DNA from: Leptolyngbyaceae cyanobacterium | Lineage (GTDB): Bacteria; Cyanobacteriota; Cyanobacteriia; Phormidesmidales; Phormidesmidaceae | Direction of reading: 5' to 3' | Assembly (NCBI GenBank): GCA_050043465.1 | Contig: JBHJIL010000054.1 | Span: forward strand, 53,601 to 101,600 | DNA: 48,000 nucleotides | Shown here: positions 24,089 to 32,387 of the stretch, piece after piece | Layout of the letters: the number at the start of each line of letters is the position of its first letter | How positions within the stretch are numbered: position 1 is the first letter of the stretch | Translations under genes and position numbers: made by a program | The notes under the pieces: model-generated | The model's input: the letters and a program-made list of their open reading frames with translations, nothing else | The model's database searches: none | What the model was told of the DNA's origin: nothing

Positions 24089-24210
24089 GGCAGAAAAAGT
24101 GTCTACAAAAATCCTCCCCTTATCAAGGGGAGATGCCGTAGGCAGAGGGGTCTCGACCACTAGCGCCAGTTATCCAGACCCCCTCTAACTCCCCCTTCAC
24201 AAGGGGGAGA
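24089..24210. mobile_element. Intergenic copy of the MITE-like hairpin element also found inside the NRPS gene at 3203-3349 (opposite orientation)
   Basis: Terminal hairpins are ctccccttatcaaggggag and tcccccttcacaaggggga. The internal block ggcagaggggtctcgaccactagcgcc matches the reverse complement of 3250-3290. See the feature at 3203-3349. Confidence 0.65.
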
Positions 24211-24244
24211 ATGGGACTTTCCCTCTTGCGTTACGCTTTGGTGA

Positions 24245-24499
24245 CTACCCTACTCGAATACGTTTCGTCAGAATCGCCATTAGCTCATTGGGCCTCCCTG
24301 TCGGCAACGGCTTGCTCCAGTCGTTAGGCTCAGCATAGTTGAGCTTGTGCAACAGACTGATGGTGTTGCGAATGGCGGTGAGGCTGCCAAAGAGAATATG
24401 GCGGGTGATCTCATATTGAGAGTCCGGCTGGTTGTTTGAGCAATCGGCAGGTGGAGGAGTGGACGAATCGTGGTCGTCCGGGATGAAGTTTTGAAACAT
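24245..24499 (-). CDS. Small hypothetical protein (84 aa)
   Basis: It has an ATG start and good-looking coding sequence (…ITRHILFGSLTAIRNTISLLHKLNYAEPNDWSKPLPTGRPNELMAILTKRIRV). I recognise no family. Confidence 0.4.
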   Translation of the reverse strand: MFQNFIPDDHDSSTPPPADCSNNQPDSQYEITRHILFGSLTAIRNTISLLHKLNYAEPNDWSKPLPTGRPNELMAILTKRIRVG

Positions 24500-24865
24500 G
24501 GTGATCTGGTCTCCGTGTATGGATAGCCTTGACTGCAGGGCAGCCAGGGAAGGAAACCAGAACCCGAGTGAGCCTTAGCCTAACCGAGGAATTGTGTGCA
24601 ATACAGTGTGGCTAAGGGGTAAACTCACCCTAAGCCTCGGGATTGCTTCGGAATCTCCGGGGTCAGTCATCGGTACGGTGTTGGTAGCACCTGCCGATGG
24701 CGCATAAAGCAAACTGAGTTCTGGGAAATTCGGTTAAGAACTTAACCTGCAAAGTAGCATAGGGGTAAATGCTTTCGAGGTCAAGAGATTTCTGATGGCT
24801 TTAACAGAGCAACAAGCCTTCAAGTTCACAACAAGAAGATTTGCTATGAGGAGAACTTAGTCTTT

Positions 24866-27800
24866 TCATAAAGATGAGATATTACAGAGAGCACGATCTT
24901 CGTCGCTCCGCTCAGGATTGTTTGTAAGATACGGTATGAGATGTTCACAAGCGCTAGCCAATAATTCATCTAACCTATCTAAGGTATAAAGAGGCCAAAG
25001 CTTCAGCAGACCATTCTCTCTTAAGCGATCTGGCTGTAGTTTTACGGCAATGTACTGCCAATCAGTGCTAATAGCTCCAGTACCTTCATATTGAGCAATC
25101 TGATTACCCTCTATGTCCCAGAGACGTGTTGTCTTGTCCACTCCACTTGTTACGAGATACCCAGCCGGGCTGAATACGACTTGGCTGATAGTACCCTGAT
25201 GGCCCTCCATTATGGTTAGCTGCTTTCCGTTTGGGTTCCACAATCGTATTGTTCCGTCCGAATCACTTGTTACGATATAACGACCATCTGGACTGAATGT
25301 GGGTTGATTGCCTTGTAAAGTTGCTAGTTCTTTTCCATTCAAGCTCCACAATCGCACCTCGTCAATCCCACTGGTTGCAATATATCGACTATTTGGAGCG
25401 AACACCAAGTGATAGATACTGTCTTGATGGCTTTCTATAACTGTCAGTTCCTCTCCATTCAAATTCCATAGCTTTGCTGGCTGATTCAATCCACTAGTAG
25501 CAATATAACGACCATCCGGACTAAATATAACTTTCGTGGTGTGGCGGCCCTGATTGCCTTGCATCACTGCTAGTTCTTCTCCAAACAGATTCCATAGACG
25601 TGCTATCCCATCCGAGCTGCTAGTTGCGATATAACGACTATCTGGACTGAATCTGGGCTGATTGCCTTGCATTACTGCTAATTCTTTTCCAGACAGGTTC
25701 CATAGACGTACTGTGTCATCCGAGACGCTGGTTGCAATGTGACGTCCATTTGGACTAAACATTATGTTGAATATACGCTCCTGATTGGCCTGCATCACTG
25801 CTAGTTCTTTCCCTTCTAGGTTCCATAGGCGTACCTTGTCAAACTCTATAGTTGCAATGTAACGCCCACTTGGACTAAAAACTATCTTCGAGATACGGTT
25901 CTGATGGTTTTGTATTACTGCTAGTTCTTTTCCTTCCAGGCTCCATAGGCGTGCTGTTCCATCCGAGCCACTAGTTGCGATGTGGCGTCCATTTGGGCCA
26001 AACATCACTTCTGAAACACTACCCCCGTGACCTTTCATTGCTGCTAATTCACGACCATTCAGGTTCCATAAGCGCGCCGTACCTACCTCAGTTTCAGTTG
26101 CAATGTGGTTTCCATCTGGGCTAAAAATTATCTGTGAGATATCTTCATGGCCCGGCATCATTGCTAGCTCTTTTCCTTCTAAATTCCATAACCGCAGTGT
26201 GGTGTAGTCGCCAGTGGCAATATAGTTGCTATCCGGACTAAACGCTATCTCATAAACAGCCTCTTCATGGCCTTCAATTACTACTAGTTCTTTTCCTTCC
26301 AGGTTCCATAGGCGTACTGTTCCATCTGAATCGCTAGTTGCAATGTGGCGACTATCTGGACTAAACACCATTTCTAATACTTCACCTTTGTGACTAGCTT
26401 CCGTCGCTGCTATGTTTTCTCCTTTGAGGTTCCATAGTCGCGCTACGCCATCCGAATCACGAGTTGCAATGTGACGCCCATCAGGGCTAAATACAATTTG
26501 CTCAATCTTCTCTTGACTGCTTCTCATCGTTGATATTACATCACCACTTAGATTCCATAGCTGCGCTACACCATTTGAATCGCGAGTTATAATTTGCTTC
26601 CAAGTCGAACTAAAGGTTATCTCTGAGATATTCTCTTTATGACCTCTCATTGCTGTCAGCTCTTTACCACTCAGGTCCCATAGTCGCAACGTCCCATTTG
26701 ATCCGCCAGTTATAATAAGCCGACTATTTGGGCTAAACTTTATCTCTGAGATATTCTCTTCATGACTTCTCATCACTGTCAGCTCTTTGCCACTCAGGTC
26801 CCATAGTCGTGCTACACCATCGTAGTCACTAGTCGCAATGTAGCGGCCATTTGGACTAAAGACCATTTTCTGAACAGCGTTCTGATGACCTGTCATTACC
26901 GACAGTTGATTGCCATTTAAATCCCACAGCCTCACTATTGTATCTGACCCACTAGTTACGATGTTACGACCATCTGGGCTAAACACTATATTGTAGTGAT
27001 AACCCGGCAACCGGGTCTCACGAATTGATGTTAAACTAGTTTGTAACGTCAATAAAGGACTAGCTGCCAAATATTTTCTTCCATGAGTTTTGATAATCCT
27101 GTTAACTTCCTTGGCGGCTTTGAAAGCAGTAAAAAGGGACTCTGTTTCTTGAAAATCGAATCTTTCAGCAGCAGCAGTCCCTTCTCTCTCCAAGCTAGTG
27201 ATTCTTCTCACTAACTGCACTTGATTAGATACAAAAAATACAGTTGCTGATGCTACCACCGCTCCTGTTATTGTTATTAGTAACAGGCTACGACGCGCCT
27301 GCTGATTCCTTTTTTGCAATTCTCGTTGTTCTAGCTTTACTGTAGCTAGTTTCTTTCCTAGAGATTGATTGTTTCTAGCAAGTTTTTTTCTTCGAGCCTC
27401 TGAACGTCTTCGTTGTCGTTTTTCTTCTTCTAATTCCGCTACCAGCTGCTCCAGCTGTGGTGCCTGTTGCGCTCGAATTACCCCCGCCAAATAATCATGC
27501 ACCAGCTGATACCGGTCATCCGGCGTATCCGGCAAATACACCACGATTCCCGATCCGGTCAAAATCCTCAGCACCAGATCCAGTTCCCCAGTTTCCGGCA
27601 CCACCCCTAAAGCCTCCAGCTCTCTCACCAGCTCCGGCCTGGTCTTCAGCGGTCTCGTCCCCCGCTCATCTGTCAGCAAAAACAACACCAGCTCCGCCAG
27701 CTGCCGGTTTTCCTCCCCGCAGTCCACCACCACATCATCCAAGTAGCGCCGCACCAGGGTTTCCTTTGGCTGACCCGGTAGCTGCCGATATTCCGCCAGC

Positions 27801-28891
27801 GTCTGTATCCCATCCGTCTGCAGCTGCGCCCCCACCACCTGCATCTCAATGGGTCGCACCTCCTGCAGCGGCCCTGCCAGATCCGTTACTAGGGTATCCG
27901 CCAGCTCCGGTTCCAAATACATCCGCGCCCCCGACGCCAGATTCTCAATAATCGCCTTTGCGTCCGCCGGGCTAAAATTGCCAATCTCGTACAGAATCTG
28001 TTTCCCTAAAATGTCTTCTAGCTGCGCCCGCGCCATTGACCCCAGCTGCGCCTGCTTTACCAGCTGCCGCGCTTCTAGCAAATAGTGCAGATAGTCTTCT
28101 CGAATCGAAAATACAATCTTCAGTGCCCCCGGCAGCTCCAAACACTCCGCTACAAACCGAAAAAACTCTCGTCGCTGCAGCGGGTCCGGATTCGCAAAAA
28201 AGAATTCCTCAAACTGATCAAACAACAGCACCGGACGCAGCGTATTCTCTTCACAGATTCTCAGAACATCTAAAATCTCCTGGTCCAATCCAAGAGAATC
28301 CACATCAAAGCCCCCAGGATTGGGGGTTTGGGGGGCTCCAACACTCGCCTCCTCTCCCAAAACCTCCCGCAATAAGCTCTCCCCTCGCCGCCGCACTGCT
28401 CCAGGCATCTCCTTCAGCGCCGCCGCCAGCGCCTTTCCTAACGCCTGCCGCCAGTCCGTATACTTGCGCACCATCACTGGCATATTCCGCCGATTCTCCA
28501 GCGCCCGACCTCGCAGCGCCGGCAGCAGCCCGCCGTTGATCAACGAACTCTTCCCCACCCCTGAGGTACCATGCACCACCACTAGCTTATGGGTTGTTCC
28601 CGCAATCCGCTTGAGCAGCTCCTGCAGGTCTCCATACCGTCCTGACGACGCAATCTCTGGGGCAATCTCTTCTAGCGATGCTCGCTCAGACTGCACCGTT
28701 CCCAGCTGTTCTATCCGCTGCGATCGCAACCGTCCGGCACCAATAAAAGCCCGCAGCCCATACTGTTTTTCAACCGCCAGCCGCTCCTGCTTAACCTTAA
28801 ACGCCTCTAAATAATGCCCCTGCTCTCGCAGCCGCTGCTGTAGCAGAGTCAATATATTGCTATACAGCGGTGGGTGCTCCATCACCCCCAT
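24866..28891 (-). CDS. STAND-type P-loop NTPase - coiled coil - single TM helix - ~16-17 WD40 repeats (1341 aa)
   Basis: Walker A is VVVHGTSGVGKSSL (nt ~28543-28570) and Walker-B-like is PVLLFDQFEEFF. A basic coiled coil (EEEKRQRRRSEARRKKLARNN...) follows. A hydrophobic helix LLLITITGAVVASATVFFV lies at nt 27232-27292. Then come repeated FSPDGRxIATSxSDGTxRLWNLxGKELAVMxGH units. Confidence 0.85.
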   Translation of the reverse strand: MGVMEHPPLYSNILTLLQQRLREQGHYLEAFKVKQERLAVEKQYGLRAFIGAGRLRSQRIEQLGTVQSERASLEEIAPEIASSGRYGDLQELLKRIAGTTHKLVVVHGTSGVGKSSLINGGLLPALRGRALENRRNMPVMVRKYTDWRQALGKALAAALKEMPGAVRRRGESLLREVLGEEASVGAPQTPNPGGFDVDSLGLDQEILDVLRICEENTLRPVLLFDQFEEFFFANPDPLQRREFFRFVAECLELPGALKIVFSIREDYLHYLLEARQLVKQAQLGSMARAQLEDILGKQILYEIGNFSPADAKAIIENLASGARMYLEPELADTLVTDLAGPLQEVRPIEMQVVGAQLQTDGIQTLAEYRQLPGQPKETLVRRYLDDVVVDCGEENRQLAELVLFLLTDERGTRPLKTRPELVRELEALGVVPETGELDLVLRILTGSGIVVYLPDTPDDRYQLVHDYLAGVIRAQQAPQLEQLVAELEEEKRQRRRSEARRKKLARNNQSLGKKLATVKLEQRELQKRNQQARRSLLLITITGAVVASATVFFVSNQVQLVRRITSLEREGTAAAERFDFQETESLFTAFKAAKEVNRIIKTHGRKYLAASPLLTLQTSLTSIRETRLPGYHYNIVFSPDGRNIVTSGSDTIVRLWDLNGNQLSVMTGHQNAVQKMVFSPNGRYIATSDYDGVARLWDLSGKELTVMRSHEENISEIKFSPNSRLIITGGSNGTLRLWDLSGKELTAMRGHKENISEITFSSTWKQIITRDSNGVAQLWNLSGDVISTMRSSQEKIEQIVFSPDGRHIATRDSDGVARLWNLKGENIAATEASHKGEVLEMVFSPDSRHIATSDSDGTVRLWNLEGKELVVIEGHEEAVYEIAFSPDSNYIATGDYTTLRLWNLEGKELAMMPGHEDISQIIFSPDGNHIATETEVGTARLWNLNGRELAAMKGHGGSVSEVMFGPNGRHIATSGSDGTARLWSLEGKELAVIQNHQNRISKIVFSPSGRYIATIEFDKVRLWNLEGKELAVMQANQERIFNIMFSPNGRHIATSVSDDTVRLWNLSGKELAVMQGNQPRFSPDSRYIATSSSDGIARLWNLFGEELAVMQGNQGRHTTKVIFSPDGRYIATSGLNQPAKLWNLNGEELTVIESHQDSIYHLVFAPNSRYIATSGIDEVRLWSLNGKELATLQGNQPTFSPDGRYIVTSDSDGTIRLWNPNGKQLTIMEGHQGTISQVVFSPAGYLVTSGVDKTTRLWDIEGNQIAQYEGTGAISTDWQYIAVKLQPDRLRENGLLKLWPLYTLDRLDELLASACEHLIPYLTNNPERSDEDRALCNISSL
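25080..27010 (-). repeat. Intragenic tandem coding repeats (WD40 units, period ~120-126 nt)
   Basis: I count 16-17 units by eye. Two units (NQPRFSPDSRYIATS..., NQPTFSPDGRYIVTS...) lack ~8 aa of the usual inter-blade segment, which suggests unequal recombination within the array. Confidence 0.8.
28305..28334. repeat. 30-nt G/C hairpin repeat, copy B, inside the NTPase-WD40 CDS
   Basis: tcaaagcccccagGattgggggtttggggg matches 1134-1163 at 29 of 30 positions. It is translated in frame as PQTPNPGGF. Confidence 0.8.
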
Positions 28892-30157
28892 TTACTGAGC
28901 TGATTGTAGATTGACAACAGCCGCTTCTCGTTTTCCCAGCTGATAGTTTGCTTCTGCTAGTCGGGCCAGATACAGCATGCGCCACCAGCTATCCTGACGT
29001 TCCAGGGTATCCAATGCCAGCTGAGATAGCTCGGCCCCCTGCTGCCATTGGTCGCGCTGCATGGCAACATCTGCTAAAAACCCGTAGTTTTCTGCCTGTG
29101 TATTAGGATTTGGGTATCGCTGACGCAGGTTTACTGCTTTTTGCGCCACGGTCTCCAGCTGCTCCCATCGTTGTAGGCGATGCAGCACACGCTCTAGCTG
29201 GTTGATGCTCTTGCAGACCAAGTCAGGACGCTCTGCCTGCTCAAAAACGTCCACAGCATCCTGCAGCGGTGGCAAGACACTTTCCCAGTCGGCATTTTGA
29301 TACTTGATGCTATCGACTGCATAGTAGCGAGCCCGGCCCAGATAAAACAGCGCCAGCCCATATTTCAACGGATCCCGAGTTTGCCAGTAGTCAGTACTCT
29401 GTCCAAAGAGTTCGATGGCGTCTTGGTTGGGTACATTCAACCCCTGGGCAAAGGTCACACCGGCCTGCAAATCTGGTGTTAGCTGCACACCTCGCTGCTG
29501 CAGGTCCGTCAGCGCTAGCGATACTTCGTCGGTTTCTAGATAGTCTGTGTCTAGCTGCTTTAATCGCTGGTTAAATGACTCTGGTGTGTTTGGGGCGAGT
29601 AATGTGTCGAATAAGCGATCGCACGCCAGCTGCAGTCCTTGAATCAATGCTTCGGTGGATAACGCAAATTCAATGGTCTCACCACCGGCAATGCTTTCAA
29701 AATCGTTGGCATACTGCGATAGCCGCCGGTAGCCTTCATCGGTAAACCACAGCACCAGCGGAAACCGAAACTCTCGTCGAAACTCTTCTCGCCGCTTGTT
29801 TAGATCGACTAAAAAGGCTTCTAGTTCGGATGAATCTAGCCGCTCTGCGCCAAGTACTAGGACCGTGCCTGGCAGTTGTTCGTTGTATGCCTGCAGCCGA
29901 GCATACAGGTTGTGGTCCTCTGCCTCCAGCTGCAGTACCTGCACTGGTCCCTGCAGGTTTTCTTTTGCCAGCGTTTGCTTTAGCTGTTCTACCATCTGGT
30001 CTCGCAGCCGACCGTAGTTACACCGCACCAGCAGCAGCGTAATCGTATCGGCTCCCTGCCCAAAGACAATGGCACTAGTCAGCTCCTCCAGCGCCGCCTG
30101 ATTCTGCGCGGAGTTTTCAGAAAAGTTAAAACTGTCAGTCGGAGGAACAGTACTCAT
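28892..30157 (-). CDS. TPR-like repeat protein with an uncharacterised N-terminal alpha/beta domain (421 aa)
   Basis: The C-terminal half shows TPR-like helical repeats (YGLALFYLGRARYY, AVDVFEQAERPDL, ENYGFLADVAMQRDQWQQG, MLYLARLAEANYQLGKREAA). The N-terminal part (ITLLLVRCNYGRLRDQMVEQL...VLVLGAERL...FPLVLWF) looks like a strand-helix NTPase-like fold but has no Walker A motif. Its stop TAA directly abuts the next ATG in the same frame. Confidence 0.6.
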   Translation of the reverse strand: MSTVPPTDSFNFSENSAQNQAALEELTSAIVFGQGADTITLLLVRCNYGRLRDQMVEQLKQTLAKENLQGPVQVLQLEAEDHNLYARLQAYNEQLPGTVLVLGAERLDSSELEAFLVDLNKRREEFRREFRFPLVLWFTDEGYRRLSQYANDFESIAGGETIEFALSTEALIQGLQLACDRLFDTLLAPNTPESFNQRLKQLDTDYLETDEVSLALTDLQQRGVQLTPDLQAGVTFAQGLNVPNQDAIELFGQSTDYWQTRDPLKYGLALFYLGRARYYAVDSIKYQNADWESVLPPLQDAVDVFEQAERPDLVCKSINQLERVLHRLQRWEQLETVAQKAVNLRQRYPNPNTQAENYGFLADVAMQRDQWQQGAELSQLALDTLERQDSWWRMLYLARLAEANYQLGKREAAVVNLQSAQ

Positions 30158-30181
30158 CGGCAGCAGGTGGGTAAAACCCGG

Positions 30182-30772
30182 TTACCAGGTGCGAGGCTTA
30201 AAGTCGGACGTATTACTAATTGATACACTATCTCCCGATTGCTGAATTAAGAATAGCCCCTGGTTGTATGCATAGGTGTCCACATCTTTATCAATTTCAA
30301 TAGCCGCGACCGCTCCGTAAAGCCGATAGCTGGCATAGTGGGGAAACGCTTGCTTAAACTGCTCCAAACTCCGTAAAACCTGACGGATACTGTCCTGAGT
30401 TAGTCGAGACTTTACTTCAATCGCCACAGCTACATCATCGTCCACCACCAAAATGTCAATTTCCAAGTTGCGGTTGCCCCTCGCCGACCGCACCCGCTGA
30501 TAGACTTCCTGGACCGCCATTCCCTGCTCTTGAAACAGCCGTAGCGCTGCCGGGGCGACAATGTTTTCCACAAACCGTCCCCAGCGACTGCTGAGGCTAT
30601 TAACGGCCTGGTTAGCCTGGGCAGCGATGGCTTCTGACTTAGCTATTCGTTCATCAAATTCAGCTTTGGATTCTGCCGCACGTCGATCAGCTTCGGCAAA
30701 GCGTCGATCGGCTTCTTCCTGCGAGCGTTGAAATAGAGCGTAAATATCGTCGAGGGTCACCGGGTCAGACAT
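30182..30772 (-). CDS. PD-(D/E)XK nuclease-fold protein with an N-terminal coiled coil (DUF3782-like)
   Basis: The coiled coil is EEADRRFAEADRRAAESKAEFDERIAKSEAIAAQ. It is followed by NLEIDILVVDDDVAVAIEVKS, a D/E...E-x-K restriction-endonuclease-like core (nt ~30407-30465). The family assignment is from memory of cyanobacterial DUF3782 proteins. Confidence 0.55.
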   Translation of the reverse strand: MSDPVTLDDIYALFQRSQEEADRRFAEADRRAAESKAEFDERIAKSEAIAAQANQAVNSLSSRWGRFVENIVAPAALRLFQEQGMAVQEVYQRVRSARGNRNLEIDILVVDDDVAVAIEVKSRLTQDSIRQVLRSLEQFKQAFPHYASYRLYGAVAAIEIDKDVDTYAYNQGLFLIQQSGDSVSISNTSDFKPRTW

Positions 30773-30840
30773 ATCAATAAAGCCTTTGCTGATTTAATTC
30801 TATCTTGAGCATTCTGGATGCTGATGAAACATTGGGGCAT

Positions 30841-30889
30841 GGGGGGTTATACGTAGGTTCGAAAGGTACAGGATGTAGACAACCCCCCC
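30841..30889. terminator. GC-stem hairpin directly after the P-loop NTPase stop codon (possible attenuator/terminator or repeat)
   Basis: ggggggtt (30841-30848) pairs with aacccccc (30881-30888) across a 32-nt loop. There is no clear U-tract, so terminator function is uncertain. Confidence 0.2.
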
Positions 30890-32280
30890 TAGGATTCTTT
30901 TAATTCTTCGGCTTCTAATAAAATGGGGTTGACGTCAAACCACGACTCGCCCTGGTCGCGATATTCAAATACCAGCCGACTGTGGATCAATCGCTGGTAG
31001 TCATCGTCCCCGCCGACTTTTTTTTGCTGCTGCCGTATCTGTCGCAGTAGCGCCCATTCGTCTGTTGAGAGCTGCAGCGTCATTTCATTGCGTCGGGCTC
31101 GGATCACCTCTTCTAGCTTTTCCTGTTTGAGCGGAAAGTCACGCCCCTTGCGCACCCAGCCGTTGAGTAGCCGCAGCAGGTCCCGTACATGGCCACCGCT
31201 AACCATACACAGCCGGTCCAACGACTCTGGCTGCTCAAACAGCTCGCTCACCTGGGCCAGACGTTCTGGTTCCGAATGCTCCGGCATAGCTCTTACTAGC
31301 ACCAGCTGTTGCAGCAGTCGCAGTCCTTCTTCACACAGCGTGCCGTCGCGCCGCTTTACGGGCACCATGGGCAGCACCTTGGGGTCATCGGTGTAGCGCG
31401 CCGTCAGCAGACCATATTCGCTGGAAAATTTAAGCGCCAGGGGAATGGTGTACACCTTGTGACAGTGTAGCTTTTGCAAACATTCGTGCTGGTCAATAAA
31501 CAGATATTCCTGCTGGGAGCGGCCAAAGCCCTTGGGGCGATTGTCAATCCGGTCTAGATTGTCCACAATCACCACCAGCCCTTTTTTACCCTGCTGTTTG
31601 AGCTGCTCAATGGCGGGCTTGAGGAGTTCTTCGTTGATGTCCTCCACCAGCTGATTTTTCTGCGGTCCTAAAAACTGATTGAGCCGGTCCCGTAAAGTAG
31701 CGTCATTTTTGGCCCTGGCAGTGATTTTGCCGATACCCGCTGCCAGAGAAAATTCGCCGTTTGTGCTGGCGCTGGCGCTGATGTCTGACATGCCCGGTGT
31801 TTTGATCGGCACGGGAATGGCGGCTTCAGCTTCTAGCTCAATCTCCGTCATTAAAAGCTTTGTGGCCTTTTGCAGCAGCCCCCGCAGTCCCTTCGCGTCG
31901 CCAATGTCGATGCCTTCTAAACTTTGGCTAATGCGGCGGGCAATGGCCAGCAATACATCACCGATATCCACATCGGCCATCTCTAAGTCCTCAGTAGACT
32001 CAAAGTAGACCACATGGAACCCCTCTGCTTCTAGCTCCGCTCTTAGCTTTAGTAGCTCCGTCGATTTGCCGCAGCCGATGTGACCGGTAAATAGCGTACA
32101 GGTAGGGTTATCCGGCTCATAGAAGGCAATCAGGTCTTTGATTTCGGTAATGATTTGCTCACCACGTACCTCAGAGAAATCGATATAGAGCTGTCGATCG
32201 TTTTCTTTTTGTGGATCAAGGGTGCGGGCAGGGTTGGTCGTTTGAAAAAACTGGCGAACGTCTAACACGGGCGGCAACAC
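30889..32280 (-). CDS. ORC/Cdc6- or KAP/STAND-like P-loop NTPase of unknown function (463 aa)
   Basis: Walker A is LFTGHIGCGKSTEL (nt ~32058-32087). Walker B is GLVVIVDNLDRI, ~170 aa downstream. A sensor-2-like segment VSGGHVRDLLRLL follows, and the C-terminal region looks like a winged helix. The start is GTG. Confidence 0.6.
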   Translation of the reverse strand: MLPPVLDVRQFFQTTNPARTLDPQKENDRQLYIDFSEVRGEQIITEIKDLIAFYEPDNPTCTLFTGHIGCGKSTELLKLRAELEAEGFHVVYFESTEDLEMADVDIGDVLLAIARRISQSLEGIDIGDAKGLRGLLQKATKLLMTEIELEAEAAIPVPIKTPGMSDISASASTNGEFSLAAGIGKITARAKNDATLRDRLNQFLGPQKNQLVEDINEELLKPAIEQLKQQGKKGLVVIVDNLDRIDNRPKGFGRSQQEYLFIDQHECLQKLHCHKVYTIPLALKFSSEYGLLTARYTDDPKVLPMVPVKRRDGTLCEEGLRLLQQLVLVRAMPEHSEPERLAQVSELFEQPESLDRLCMVSGGHVRDLLRLLNGWVRKGRDFPLKQEKLEEVIRARRNEMTLQLSTDEWALLRQIRQQQKKVGGDDDYQRLIHSRLVFEYRDQGESWFDVNPILLEAEELKES

Positions 32281-32387
32281 CGATCAGGATACATGTCCCT
32301 ATAGCTTCAGGGAGCTCACAATTTTCTCCCACAGAACTGTCTGAGATCGTAATAGTGCTTAATAAAGTCTTCTAGAGGTGATACGTC

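Noticed and set aside
23856-24188. ORFs 23856..24188(+), 23890..24087(-) and 23947..24141(+).
   Set aside because: They are translations of the tandem/hairpin repeat cluster. Their repetitive PTALLPGGEK segments mirror the DNA repeats.
25080-27010. Regular ~123-bp periodicity that could be mistaken for a CRISPR or satellite array.
   Set aside because: The period corresponds to WD40 blades in one long open frame. There is no repeat-spacer structure with unique spacers.
27457-28814. Long Pro/Ala-rich plus-strand ORFs (27457..27951, 28036..28539, 28320..28814).
   Set aside because: They lie antisense to the NTPase-WD40 gene, whose motifs (Walker A, WD repeats) are unambiguous. Their low-complexity composition is typical of GC-rich antisense frames.
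30861-30875. A ggttcgaa motif reminiscent of a tRNA T-arm.
   Set aside because: No acceptor, D-arm or anticodon-arm complementarity surrounds it. It lies in the loop of the ggggggtt/aacccccc hairpin.
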